From Enoplolaimus lenunculus (taxonomy: Eukaryota), in the NCBI GenBank assembly GCA_030248215.1, contig JASANG010003582.1, forward strand, positions 372,001 through 436,000: DNA of 64,000 nt. Direction: 5' to 3'. Each line of letters opens with the position of its first letter. The stretch's first letter is position 1. Shown piece by piece: positions 46,175 to 58,154 of this stretch. The notes below the pieces were generated by a model. It was not told the DNA's origin. It saw only the letters and a program-made list of their open reading frames with translations, and did no database searches. A program made the translations under genes and the position numbers.

Positions 46175-46585
46175 AAATATCAGTCCGACCTCTTATTCTG
46201 ATTACAGTAGATATCGTTAAGATACGAGAAAAAATAACTACGAGTTGTGCATAAAAGTCAAAATCAATTTCGCACATAAAACTATTCAGCATTGCCTGTT
46301 ATGTTTTGTGGCTTCGCTGTGAATCACACCGAAGCATTTATTTGCGCTAAAAATAATTACTATTTTTCTGTCAATTTTAGCTGCGTATGAATTTGATGAA
46401 GGTTTGCTTTTCCTGGCACGCGGGTCAAGAACAAAATGAACACAAAACAACTCCTTGTTTTGTATACTTTAATCATTGCGCTTCCGAACCATGAAAATAT
46501 ATGCTGCAAATACACAAAACCATTGTCGCCAGAGGTGTAGAGAAAATTGTAAGAAATTGTACAAAGTCGCGTTGACGGACTCCTA

Positions 46586-47020
46586 CTGTAGTGACCCGAA
46601 CGAGAGGAGGGACTGATATTTATTGGGGGTCTCCAGAGGGTACCCCCTATTACTCGGTTACGAACTGTTATTTTTAACCCACGCTCGACCACCTATCGTT
46701 AGTGATATATATCCGGTACTGCAGCTATCCGTTGAATTAAACGTTTGTCTTTTGTCAGCAGCTTGAGCGATAATGCAAGGTTATGCTTAGGAATGTACTT
46801 TCAAAATTTAAGAACGCTTTAAAGTGTCGAACTCAAATTATTTGGCCATGGACTCATTTATGCGCTACAATTATGGATAATTGACATTAATGGACTCTAA
46901 TCAGGGTTTAAGGACTAAGTATCCGCTTACGGATTCTTATTAGGGATGCGGACTCCTATCGATTGGGACTCAAAATGGGGGACCCCCCTTATTACCGCCC
47001 TCTTATTCGGGTCGTTACAG
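46586..47020. mobile_element. Tc1/mariner-pogo-like MITE
   Basis: TA-flanked TIR CTGTAGTGACCCGAA.AAGAGG / CCTCTTATTCGGGTC..TACAG; related copies at 43571-44181, ~54650-54918 and ~59420-59810. Confidence 0.7.
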
Positions 47021-47518
47021 TAGATGGGAGAGTAGGCCACGGAAAGTGTTTTGATCGAATATTGAACTCAGCTCTCATATATGGTTGCGTTCACCCTGGT
47101 ACTCGATTCATCTACTTGATGCTAATTTAATTTAATTTACATCGGTGACATAATACTTTAGTTGCCCGCAATTTGCTTTGAGGGGTTAACAATTTTTTAC
47201 GTGGAACTATAACTAGAGAAAAGCTGAAGCGGCCCATACAAAGATCAGGTGCGGATTGTTTTTCTGCGTGACTGCAATAGAGTAATAACCTTTGGACTAA
47301 TTTATTGCTTAGGCTGACGCTTATAGCCTCAGTCTTAGGTATAAGCTCATTCTTGGCTCTGGTTTAGGCTTATAGGCTTGAGCTTAAGAATATGCTTGTA
47401 CTAATGTCACGGTCCTGTTCTATACATTCGCCGCTTAAGCAATATCCAGCAGGATGAGACTGAAAAAGAAAATAAGGGGAATTCAAGGTATGCAAACGCA
47501 CCCCCCACAAAGACCGAG

Positions 47519-47702
47519 GGCCCATGTATAGAACAGAGCCGGATCGTTTTGCGGAGGGCCTGTAATAGAGTCAGTTTAAGCTTTAGACTATTTTTTTGCA
47601 TAGGCTTAGGCTTAGGTTTAGGGAAACGCTCATCCTTACGCTTAGGCTTAGGCTTAGGAATATGGTTATTCTACTGTTCCGGCGCTGTTCTATACATTGA
47701 CC
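47519..47702. mobile_element. Merlin-like MITE
   Basis: Exact TSD AGACCGAG; GGCCCATGTATAGAACAG TIR; TTAGGC repeats. Confidence 0.85.
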
Positions 47703-47812
47703 AGACCGAGTATTGAGTATTTGTTTTGCTTATTGAGTTGCAGATTAATATGCTTTAAACAATGTACACTAAACTTTCCATACGAGCTATGTCACCAATA
47801 ATATTGAAACAT

Positions 47813-47984
47813 CAGTGGTGGATCCAGGATGTCAAAATGGGGGGGCCAAAATTTCACAGGTAATAAACTTACTTTTGACCCGCACACAAACCACGAATTA
47901 TTGTCATAAAATTGCTATATAATTTTTGTCGAGATGCTGTTGGGGGGCCCACGGCCGGGGTGGCCCCCCATGTATCCGCCATTG
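47813..47984. mobile_element. hAT-like MITE, family CAGTGGCGGATCC
   Basis: Exact TSD TGAAACAT. Confidence 0.85.
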
Positions 47985-48313
47985 TGAAACATCAACTATG
48001 AATCGATGAGAAATATAAATTTTTTGACATCTTGGCATATTTTTCACTATTCAGTCAATAGTTTCGTTTTATTAATAATAACGTCAAGGGAGTCTTTGCT
48101 CTGTATTCAGCCACAGTTCAGCAAGTGTACAAAGGAAGGGGCAGATGATATATTCCGCCTGTAAAATTTCGGAAAAGCTGAAAAAGGCACTACAAAAGGC
48201 TGTAGAATAAAAGGCTGTAGAATATACTTTTAAACGGTGAGTTTTGCTTTGAGAGGCGTATATCACAGCAGTACAAGCATATTCCTAAGCTTAACATCAG
48301 CGTGAGGCTAGCC

Positions 48314-48667
48314 CAGCGGCGGATCCAGAATCTCAAAATGGGGGGGGGCAAAATTTCACAGGTAATAAACTTATTTTTGCCCCTCATACAAACCACGAAC
48401 TACTGCCATAAAATTGAGTTCTTTAGGTTCGTTCCATTGAGATGAATCACAAATAAAACTATTAACGCATGAACGAAATTTAGATCTAAACAACAAGGTG
48501 GCAACATATAAGTTCGGATTTGGTTTCAAACAGGCACAAATTTAAAGGCAGTTGCTTTTTATACTATTGTGTATAAAACAAAGAATTGACACTCTATATA
48601 ATTTTTGTCGAGATGCTGTTGGGGGGGCGGGCACGGCCGGGGTGGCCCCCTCATGGATCCGCCATTG
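48314..48667. mobile_element. hAT-like MITE, family CAGTGGCGGATCC, with a ~177-bp internal insertion
   Basis: Exact TSD GGCTAGCC; extra sequence at about 48417-48593 splits the consensus AAATTG|CTATATA. Confidence 0.85.
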
Positions 48668-49321
48668 GGCTAGCCTATAACTTAACCTAAGCCTATAAGC
48701 CTAAGAAAACAATACAGTAAAGCTTATGCGGCCCATGTAACGAAAAGGAACGGAACGTTTTCTGCGGGATTAAAGTAGAGTAAGTTTAAGTTTTAGACTA
48801 TTTTTTGCTTGGCTTCGGTTTAGGCTTAGGCTTACGCTTAATTTGACGAATATGCTTATAATAGTGTTCCGCCCCTTTTCTCTACATTGGCCACTCTCAT
48901 AAACAGCAGGATTAGTTTTCGCAGCTTATTGATACTGCTACATCTATTTTGGCACAATTGTGTTTTTAATTAAAAATGACCACAGACAAAACGCTAAAAA
49001 TCATGGTAAACTCAATTTTTGAGATCAGCCGGTTTCGTTGCTGCATATTACAAAGCTGTTGAATTCTATGGGCTTTTGAGCCAGTAAAGGAAAACGGATG
49101 GTTAAAGCATCTACAACGGCGGTTTAATTCTTTGATCGAACGAACATGGTTTTGAATATTTACGTTTGCTAGCAAGCAATTTATTTGTATTCTATATAGC
49201 TGTTATCATTAGACTATAGTGTTTATTTTGTAGTACGGCGAAGTGTGCGTACCATCTTGAACCAAAAAACTCTTGAAAACGGAAATCAAAAACAGTAAAT
49301 CACAAAGGTATACTTTAAACC

Positions 49322-49475
49322 GGCCCATGTTACTTTAAGGGGCGTCCAGGATTCTGGGGGGTCCCTAAAAGTGTAGGGTAGATTCTATATTCCATTTTTT
49401 GCTTAGGCTTGGGCTTAGGTTTAGGCTTAGGAATAAGGTTAATCTACTGCTACGCGTCTTAAAGTAACATTGGCC
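49322..49475. mobile_element. Merlin-like MITE
   Basis: TIRs as in 4238-4679; TSD TTTAAACC/TTAAAACC. Confidence 0.8.
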
Positions 49476-52400
49476 TTAAAACCCGTATTTTCAAAACCGG
49501 AGCCACAGCAAGAAGGCGAAATTTAATGTATATTATTGTAGCAAAAATTGAATATTTTTTCAAAAACACTCTACTTTACGTTTATACCTTCTGACCTTTC
49601 ACTGTAACGATAATGCGGTTACAACGCTTCATTGGAGGCTCATCATAATCAAATTAATAGGCTCTGAGCCGATTTTATAGGTTCGCCAAAAACGTTGATG
49701 GAAAAGTAAGAATTCTCCATTTTCCATGCAAAATTTTCATCTTTGAAACACTTGTCGCGAGCGTTTTGGTTAACAGACTCCGGCACCGAGGCACTCTATC
49801 GCCACCTGTATGATCCACCAATGAGTTCATTTGTTTAAATATTACAAATAAAGCTTAAAGTATGCAAAAACACGATAATAGTTATATTAATTTGAACTGC
49901 ATTTTGTTTCACAAAAACGAAAACCGCTTGTAAAATATATGTTAAAAATTTGGTATAAAATAGTTAATATTTTTATTAAAATGTTGACAATAAACTAGGA
50001 ATGACAAGTAAAAAATGTTGCAGAGTGGATGATAATATTCAAAATCCGCAACATTTTTTTATACAAATTATTCGTATTTTCATACGGGATATAATTTGAA
50101 AACTAAAAACTATAAAACAAGGCTTGTTATACTGTCTGCTTGTAATTTGAGTAGCAAATTATGTCGCGAAGTTTTCGATTCTCAAAGTCTTTCTTTACTC
50201 ATTAAATAACAAAGCAGCATAAAATAGCCGGTGATCAAAGGTTGCTATATGCTGGAGACTGTTGAGAGAACAGTACAAGGGTCTTAAAAATAAAAAAAAA
50301 AACTGGTATATATGCCGTAGACTAAGTCGTAATTCCGCGCAAGATTTCTTGCCCGTTTTCTACTTGAGAGCCCAATTACAAATTGAGTTAGTTCAGCGCG
50401 GAATTTGGACTCAACAATTCATTATATTGCAATTGCTTATAATTTTCAAAATATGGAATATCCGCGTCTGAAACGTTATTTGCAAAAAGTTTTCAAAATT
50501 CTTTCCATAATTCACTTTTGGGCTTCAAGCACTTTTGACATTCAGATGGTGGAACTAAAATCAAATTAACCATCTCAACGAGGAATAACTGCTCCGAAAG
50601 ATTTGTTTGCAATGATAAAATTTGCAGATACAATTTTTTAATACTCTAAATTAGGAAAAGAATATTTCTATTTGTTTTGTTAATTGGTACTAATTCTGTT
50701 TCATGCCTATAAAAAGCTTGTAGCTGTAGCCATTTTGCGATGCGAACGAGGTTTGTACCTTACACATCGGCAGTATTTAAACTGGAATCGGAGTCGTAGC
50801 CGGAGGTCGATTTTCTGTCGGAGCCGAAGCCGGAGGTAAACTTCCGGTTCCACGCCTCCAAACTTCAAAGTTTTTTCCAGATATGCTTGCTAAAGACGAA
50901 GAAAATGATTTGCATTTGTTAACCTGTTAGGTTCTAAAATTAATAAACTCTAAACTAGGGTGCAGCCCACACTGCACAGAGAGTTAAGGTAAACTTCTAG
51001 GAACTACGTCAGTTCACTCCCGGCTATGCCAATCTCCTGATACAAATTATTATACCATAATCAACACAGAAACTGCTAGTTTCATTCAAGTGTCACATGC
51101 ATTTAAACGGTAATCGAAAATACTTCAATTTGCAACTTCAACGCATACTCCCGTTTTTACAGTCAACTGAACGTTTCAGTGTATTTATTTCAGTCTGGGT
51201 CCCAAAACTCCAGTAAATTGATCGTCACACCGCATATGAGATAATTTCGTTCCAAAATTTTTGAAATTTGGCCTTGAGTTGAGATATTTACTAAAATAAT
51301 TGTAGTTTTTGATGAATGGTTTTTATATTTATCGTCGACACCAAATAGATTCCAAAAATGTTTGTAATCGGCACCGGGATTCGACTGAAAAGCGTTATGT
51401 GAAAATAGTTCTGCCACAAAACCGTTGTGCGAATGCTACTTTGAGGGTCGTAGCGGCAGTAAAGGCATATTCCTAAACGTAAACTTGTATGCCTAAGCGT
51501 CACAGCGTATAACGAAGGATAATGGCGTAGCCTAATTAGTAATTTGCTCGAATAGCAGATTAATCTACGACATATACACCGACTTGATACTCAATTTTAC
51601 AATTAGAGTGCATTTCTCATCTCAGTGGCTTGTTTCTTGCGTATTTTAAGCAAATTCTTAAGTTAAAAAGTAAATAATGTATCAATGTCTAAAATTACGA
51701 ATACGGAAAGCGATCTAAAATTAAGTTCAAATTTATTTTTCAGGTGCAGCAATAAACATTTAATTTAGAACAAAGTTTTCTCATTAATTCAAAATATTTA
51801 ATTTTGCAGTGATGCATACAATTTGTTTAATCAAATACATGATGGCAGTGTCGTGTACAGGGTTGGATTTAAAAAACTTTAATCGACCTAAATAATGTTT
51901 TTTTCGTTTTTTTCGGAAAGAACAAAAAAATTGAAAATCATGTACTAAAAATCTAAACGAGAGCTGTCATATGCCTAAAACGGTGCGTATGTCAGCTAAG
52001 ATGGCCAAAATCATTATATATGCAAACAGGATTTATAGTTTTACTGATATATATATATGAAAAAATGAAATTAATCAAAAGTTAGGTTACAAACTAAACG
52101 CTGCATAAATCTGCAATAAGTATTACATCAAAGAGAAAGAGAAAATTCTCAAATAGATATAACAATTATTTTAAGATTAAAGAAGTGAGCACGGATGCAA
52201 CTGGAATTCTGGATTGATAAGGAAATCATTTTTACAGCACAGTTTTTAGCACCGTAGGACTCCAAGGCGAGAGGAGACACAACTCTACTCGCCCTGTGTC
52301 CGACTCTCAGGAGCCACTGTATTTTTAGTAAAGTGTTGTTGAAGTTAGAACTTCCAATTTGTCACAGTTTCCGTGAAGTTTTGTCGCTGTTTTGCAAGTA

Positions 52401-53494
52401 ATTTACTGAGATTATAATAAAACGTTTTTTCCGTTAGTTTTTTACCGGTGCCCAACCCTGGCCATGTATTACATACCTCAGATTGACCAATTGAAATAGT
52501 TGAAGGTGTTCGGGAAACGAAATTTTGAGACACACAGCGTTTAAAACGCAGAACGAGGTTAAAAGCACAAGATCTGAAAACTAGAACGTCGCATATCTCA
52601 AGCTCCAAACTTACAGTGGATAAAGCAGCGAACATGATGATTCGTGATATAGTTTGGTAACGCGCCAAGCTTACTTATAAGCGCATCCTTGCCTTTAGGA
52701 ATATGCTTATTGTACTGTTACGGCCCTGTTCTATACATTCGCCGTTCGGTTTATATAATTAAAACTACGCATAGACTAGTGTCCTAATCATCATATGATT
52801 ATTCGTATCCTTAAAGCAATCATACATTTGGCAGCCAAAAAAGTCAACTGAACCATATAAGTTGATATTTCAGAAAATTGCAGAAAAACGTACTTTACGC
52901 AATAATTGTTAGCGCTATAACCTATCGAAAACTTCCTGAAAGGTTTTTCGGCGATCCTGCACTGTAAAAATGGTGAGTCAAATTCGACTCACTCAGCGAC
53001 TCGAATGAGTCCCATTTGACTCAGACGGATTCGACTTTGGCTCAGTTTGTGTAGTCAGGAAAAGCCTATTTCGGAGAGAGTCAATTTGACTCACCACTTT
53101 TCGCTGTGTAGAAGCCGTGTTCAAGTGTCTAGGGGTAGGTTCTCTGGTTAGTGTCAACGAAACACGTAAAATGATGAATCCAAAGAATAGGACACTGTGA
53201 GAAGTTCGTGATTTTGCCTTAAGCCGGTATCCTGTATCGCCTGTTATGTTCTTTATCTCGATGTATGCGTATCGCTCTGATTTAGTAAAACGCGGCCGGT
53301 AAATGTTTATTATAAATCCCCAACCCGAAACCCGTATGACACAAAATACCCAAGATTAAGGCCAGCAAATTACAGGTTATGCAATTTAACTGGTAACCCG
53401 AGCCGGAATCCTTAAAGCCGACGTCTGAATCTAATTTAATCCAGCCACTGGCTTTACCGTATCCAATACTTTTGCCGTTTTCCAGAATCCGTGC

Positions 53495-53638
53495 AATTCT
53501 AACCCCGTTAGAATTACACCCCGTTAAACCGTGTACTCTAACCCCGTTAGAGTTACACCAAATTTCCGACCAATCTAACCCCGTTAGATTTGGCCCAGCC
53601 GTTGTAGAATAATAAATCTAACCCCGTTAGATTTATTA
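53495..53638. repeat. Array of TCTAAC-CCC-GTTAGA hairpins
   Basis: Four full copies and one partial, with variable spacers. Confidence 0.9.
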
Positions 53639-53689
53639 GACTACTTTTTCCCAGGTTTCCTTCAATACCCCAAGTTTCCTTTAACACAT

Positions 53690-54600
53690 GCCACCAGTAT
53701 TCTATACTGGGTAATACCGCGCCTTGCGCACCGCCAATTAACACCGTGATGCCGTAATTCCTTCACATCCTATGCCACCGTGACAATTCCTAATTTAAAT
53801 CAATTTGACCTTACTTATTAAAACTTCCGCTTTCAACGCCCAAACCGTAATTCAAGAAGAACAATGTACAAAACCGCTCACCGCCAACCAAATAAAAATA
53901 ACCACCGACTTGTAGAAAAGCAAATACCAAAACTGATTCCGGTCCTGGCTACCCATATCGGCATCTCGACCTCATTTGCATTTTTGCCGACACCCACAAT
54001 TGGGTGTCCGCAATGCGGTTGAGGTCGAGAGCCACACATCCGGTACTACAACAACAACAACAATACGCCGGAGACACTCATAATAAAGCACCATATTGGT
54101 GCTGACATAGCCTAGCTATGTCGTTATCCGCAGATTAGGCCAACTAAATATGCGATACTAATCAATACGGTCATACGGCCACGCAGGGCCCCAGGTAAGT
54201 TACATTGCGGACACAGCCGCCATAGCATCGTTTTACCAATTTCTACGCCCTGTAGCAACGCCTAAGCCTAACTTAAGTTCTAAGAGAGACTAGGTGGAGC
54301 CAGGGACTCCCTTAAGGTGTGGTTTTGATATAGGGTTTTATTTTTAGTTTTAGTTTTTAGTTTGAAATAGGTTTAAGTGTGGCATAGCCACCTACAGACA
54401 CCAGCAAGGGTACGAGTTCGATGGTACGTAGCAGAACGAAACGATGCCCTGTCTCAGACTCTGGGACGTTGCAATCCGACTGGAAGCATTTTTTGATTTC
54501 ATGCTTGGCAACTTTTTTCTGTTTACAAGACCGTTGGGATTGGGGTTCACCCCCGGCATTTAATCACCAGTAGATGCACTTCTGCTCTTTAGCATCATAT
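53690..54600 (+). ncRNA. Densely structured plus-strand RNA candidate (telomerase-RNA-like or retroelement UTR)
   Basis: At least 9 stems, several with G-U pairs that form only on the + strand; (GCCTAA)2 at 54260-54271 is enclosed by the 9-bp helix 54225-54233/54439-54447. Confidence 0.35.
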
Positions 54601-57085
54601 TTCTGAATTGTAGGAAAACTTTTCTAAAATATTAGAAATACTGTTTTGTGGAGCGATACTGCAAGGTTATACTTTGGAATGTTACTTTCAGAAGTTAAGA
54701 AGCAAGCTTTAAAGTTTCGAACACAACTTTATTTGGTCATGGAGTCAATTATGCGCTATACAATTAGGGATAATTGTCATTTATGGACTCTAATTTGGGT
54801 TAAGGAACTCTATCTGCTTACGGACTATTTTATTACGGATACGAACTCCTATTGATTGGGAATCAAAATGGAGTCCCCCTCTTATTACCCCGCCCCCTCT
54901 TATTCGGGTCACTACAGCACAAGAATGATATACAGCGAGGCAAAAAAGCACAAGCTCTCGACAGTTCAATATAATCCATTGATCTTTATTCGGCGATTAA
55001 ACATGTAAGCCATTGAAAATTACAATTCCGAAATGAAGTTTCAAACGATTTTGCACAATTTATAGCCAACCGTTCAATCGCTTATGTGCATATATCTTGA
55101 GGTTAAAATGCACTAACACGACCTAATATAGCGTTACACGGCCCATGTAAAGATCAAAGACGGAACGATTTTCTGCAAGACTGCAATGGAGTAAGCTTAA
55201 GCTTTAGACAAATTTTTTGCTTTAAGCTCAGGTATAAGCTCATTTTTACGCTTAGGATTAGGCTTTAGGTATATGGTTATACTACTGTTACGGCTGCGTT
55301 CTGTAGATTGGCCCGAATCACGAACACAGTAGTTGTTATAGAAATCGGGAAGCCATCAAATGTGGCCGAAAACAAGAAGCGAGTCTACGAGTGAAGAGAA
55401 CGACAAGCAGAAACGAAAAATTAGCATTATCGAACATAATTAAAAGTTATAATTATGAATTGTGATATAAATAATGCGTATTAATAATGCGTATTGTAGA
55501 CGAGGGGCGTTGCAAACATCATCGTCTTGTTGCGCAGCTGTTGGAAGTGTGTCAAATCCGTTATTTCGATTATAACTCGTAAACAAATAGTTCGACAGCG
55601 ATAAGAATAGCGCTGCTGGGCATAGCAGTTTGAATACCTGGATACAGAAAGCGTAATATTGTTTTAAAATTTAAATTAAAGTATGGAATAACAACTCTGA
55701 GTTGATTAAACTCTTAGAATTCTGATGGTCGGCATAGCAGTTTGGACATCTGGAAATAACAAAACCTAATAGGGTTTAAAAATTCAAATTAAAGTATGGA
55801 ATAACAGTAACATTTATAACACACTCTGAGCTGATTAAAATAAGAATGAGTTCAATCAATTCAGAATTCTGAGTTCTGACAGTCCTAATTCACACTCAGT
55901 AATTCAAGTCATTCTGATTTTCTGAACTAAAATATGTTTTCTGGAATTTACAGCGTGACGCAAAGATCGGTCCAAAATTAAAATGCCCATACATATTTCA
56001 CCATTTAATGGATTTTCGTTGCTGATTAATAATAATAATAATAATATATAATAATAATAATACAGTTTTATAATTAACCTGGAACAAGCGTCGTGCTGTT
56101 GTGCACACTGTAAATTCCAGTAAAAGTTGATTTTAGCTCAGGATGTGCTGAATGACTCTGCCTCAGTTACGCCTATCAGAACTCATAATTCTGAGTTGAT
56201 TCAACTCTTTTTGATTACATTAATCAACTCTCCGTGAATCAACTCAACTGTCAGAATGAGTTGAAGTTCACTGTTAACTCAGAGTTAAGTAACGTTCCGT
56301 CTGAGTCAGGGCGCACTAAAATAGATAGAAAAAATAACGGAAACGGAAAACAGATATTGCAGTAGAAACTTTTAAAAATGTGTTCATTTTCTGCCACCAC
56401 AACTGAGGCTTGCATATGTTCACTGGTTTATCAAAAATTTTACAAAAAATGGCGGATGCCTCGAAATTTTTAAGATTTTGAATGAATTTCGAAATTTTTC
56501 ATTTATAGCGAACAATTGCAGCCACGGTAGAACCTGACATCCGTTTTCGCTCCCGTTTCCGGTAATAATCGGTGTCCGTTTCCGTTTCCGTTATAGAAAT
56601 TCCTGGAAATTTGTTATTTTTATGCTCAAAATTAGGTTATAAAGCATGTATATTTCTCGCAATTTTTCGTTAGAGATATGCTGAAATTGGGCGATATGAA
56701 GTAAAAATTTCGAAATTCGTCGAAAACGTTAAAATTTCGGTACATCCGCTTTTTTTCTTTAAAATTTTACAAAACTTGCAATATTTCTACACTGTAAATT
56801 TCAGAGAGTTGACATTAACTCAAAATGATTTGAGTCACACAGTTTAGGACCATCAGAACTCAAAATTTTGAATTGATTCAATTCATTCTGAGTGTCATTA
56901 ATCAACTCACCCAAGTCAACTCAACTTAGAGTAAAGAATCAACTCAACTCAGAGTAAGTTAATGTTTATTGATATTAATTCAGAAATAACCAACTAGCTA
57001 GCTGAATTGATTAATCAACTCATTGAAATTTACAGTGTATGCCTCAATTGTGGTGGCAGAAGAATAAAAAAGTCTTTCAACTTTG

Positions 57086-58154
57086 GGCCCATGTTACTAT
57101 AAAGGCCGTCCCAATTTCCCAGGACAGAAATATATCCGGAGGGCACACTTATGCGCTCCTGTTTACATCTGCACAGGCAGATATATTTACGTATATATAA
57201 AATACATATATATAATATATATCAACTATCCCATTTGTCTCGACTGTCCCAACTGTCCCATCTGTCCCGACTGTCGCAACTGTCCCATCTGTCCCGTTTG
57301 TCCCATCAGTCCCAACTGTCCTATCTGTCCCAAGTGTCCAATCTGTCCCATCTGTCCCAACTGTCCCATCTGTCCCTACTGTCCCATTTGTCCCGACTGT
57401 CCCATCTGTCCCAACTGTCCCATCTGTCCCGACTGTCGCAACTGTCCCATCTGTCCCGTTTGTCCCATCTGTCCCAACTGTCTTATCTGTCCCAAGTGTC
57501 CCAACTGTCCCATCTGTCCCAACTGTCCCATCTGTCTCAGCTGTCCCAACTGTACCTTCTGTCCCATCTGTCCCAACTGTCCCATTTGTCCCGACTGTCC
57601 CAACTGTCCCATCTGTCCCGACTGTCGCATCTGTCCCATCTGTCCCGTTTGTCCCATCTGTCCCAACTGTCCTATCTGTCCCAAGTGTCCCAACTGTCCC
57701 ATCTCTCCCAACTGTCCCATCTATCCCATCTGTCCCATCTGTCCCTACTGTCCCATCTGTCCCAACTGTCCCATCTGTCCCATCTGTCCCAACTGTCCCA
57801 TCTGTCCCGTTTGTCCTAACTGTCCCATCTGTCCCAAGTGTCCCAACTGTCCCATCTGTCTCAACTGTCGTAGCTTTCCCATCTGTCCCAACTGTTCCAT
57901 ATGTCCCAACTGTCCCATCTGTCCCAACTGTCCCATCTGTCCCAACTGTCCCAACTGTCCCATCTGTCCAAACTGTCCCATCTGTTCCATTTGTCCCGAT
58001 GTCCCATCTGACCCATCTGTCCCAACTGTCCCGCTGTCCCAATTATATTTTTGTATGTACTCCTGGTACATTGCTGTCCTGGGAAAATGGGACGGGTACT
58101 CCTGGTACATTTCTGTCCCGGGAAAATGGGACGGCCTTTAGGGTAACATTGGCC
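57086..58154. mobile_element. GGCC-ended (Merlin-like) MITE inflated by a 9-bp minisatellite
   Basis: TIRs GGCCCATGTTACTATAAAGGCCGTCCCAATTTCCC.GGACAGAAA / TTTCTGTCCCGGGAAAATGGGACGGCCTTTAGGGTAACATTGGCC; interior (CTGTCCCAW)n at about 57226-58042. Confidence 0.8.

Noticed and set aside
53495..53638. CRISPR-like repeat-spacer array
   Set aside because: Eukaryotic context, 15-bp core, short irregular spacers and no cas genes.
53654..53680. Resemblance to the nematode SL1 spliced leader (GGTTT...TACCCCAAGTTT)
   Set aside because: Only a partial match, with no adjacent GAG|GT donor or Sm site.
57083..58141. 352-aa Cys-rich ORF as a metallothionein or zinc-finger gene (and the GTDGTV antisense ORF as an antifreeze/collagen-like protein)
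   Set aside because: It is a 9-bp minisatellite inside transposon TIRs. Several frames on both strands are open, the start is a TTG at the TIR edge, and there is no unique domain.
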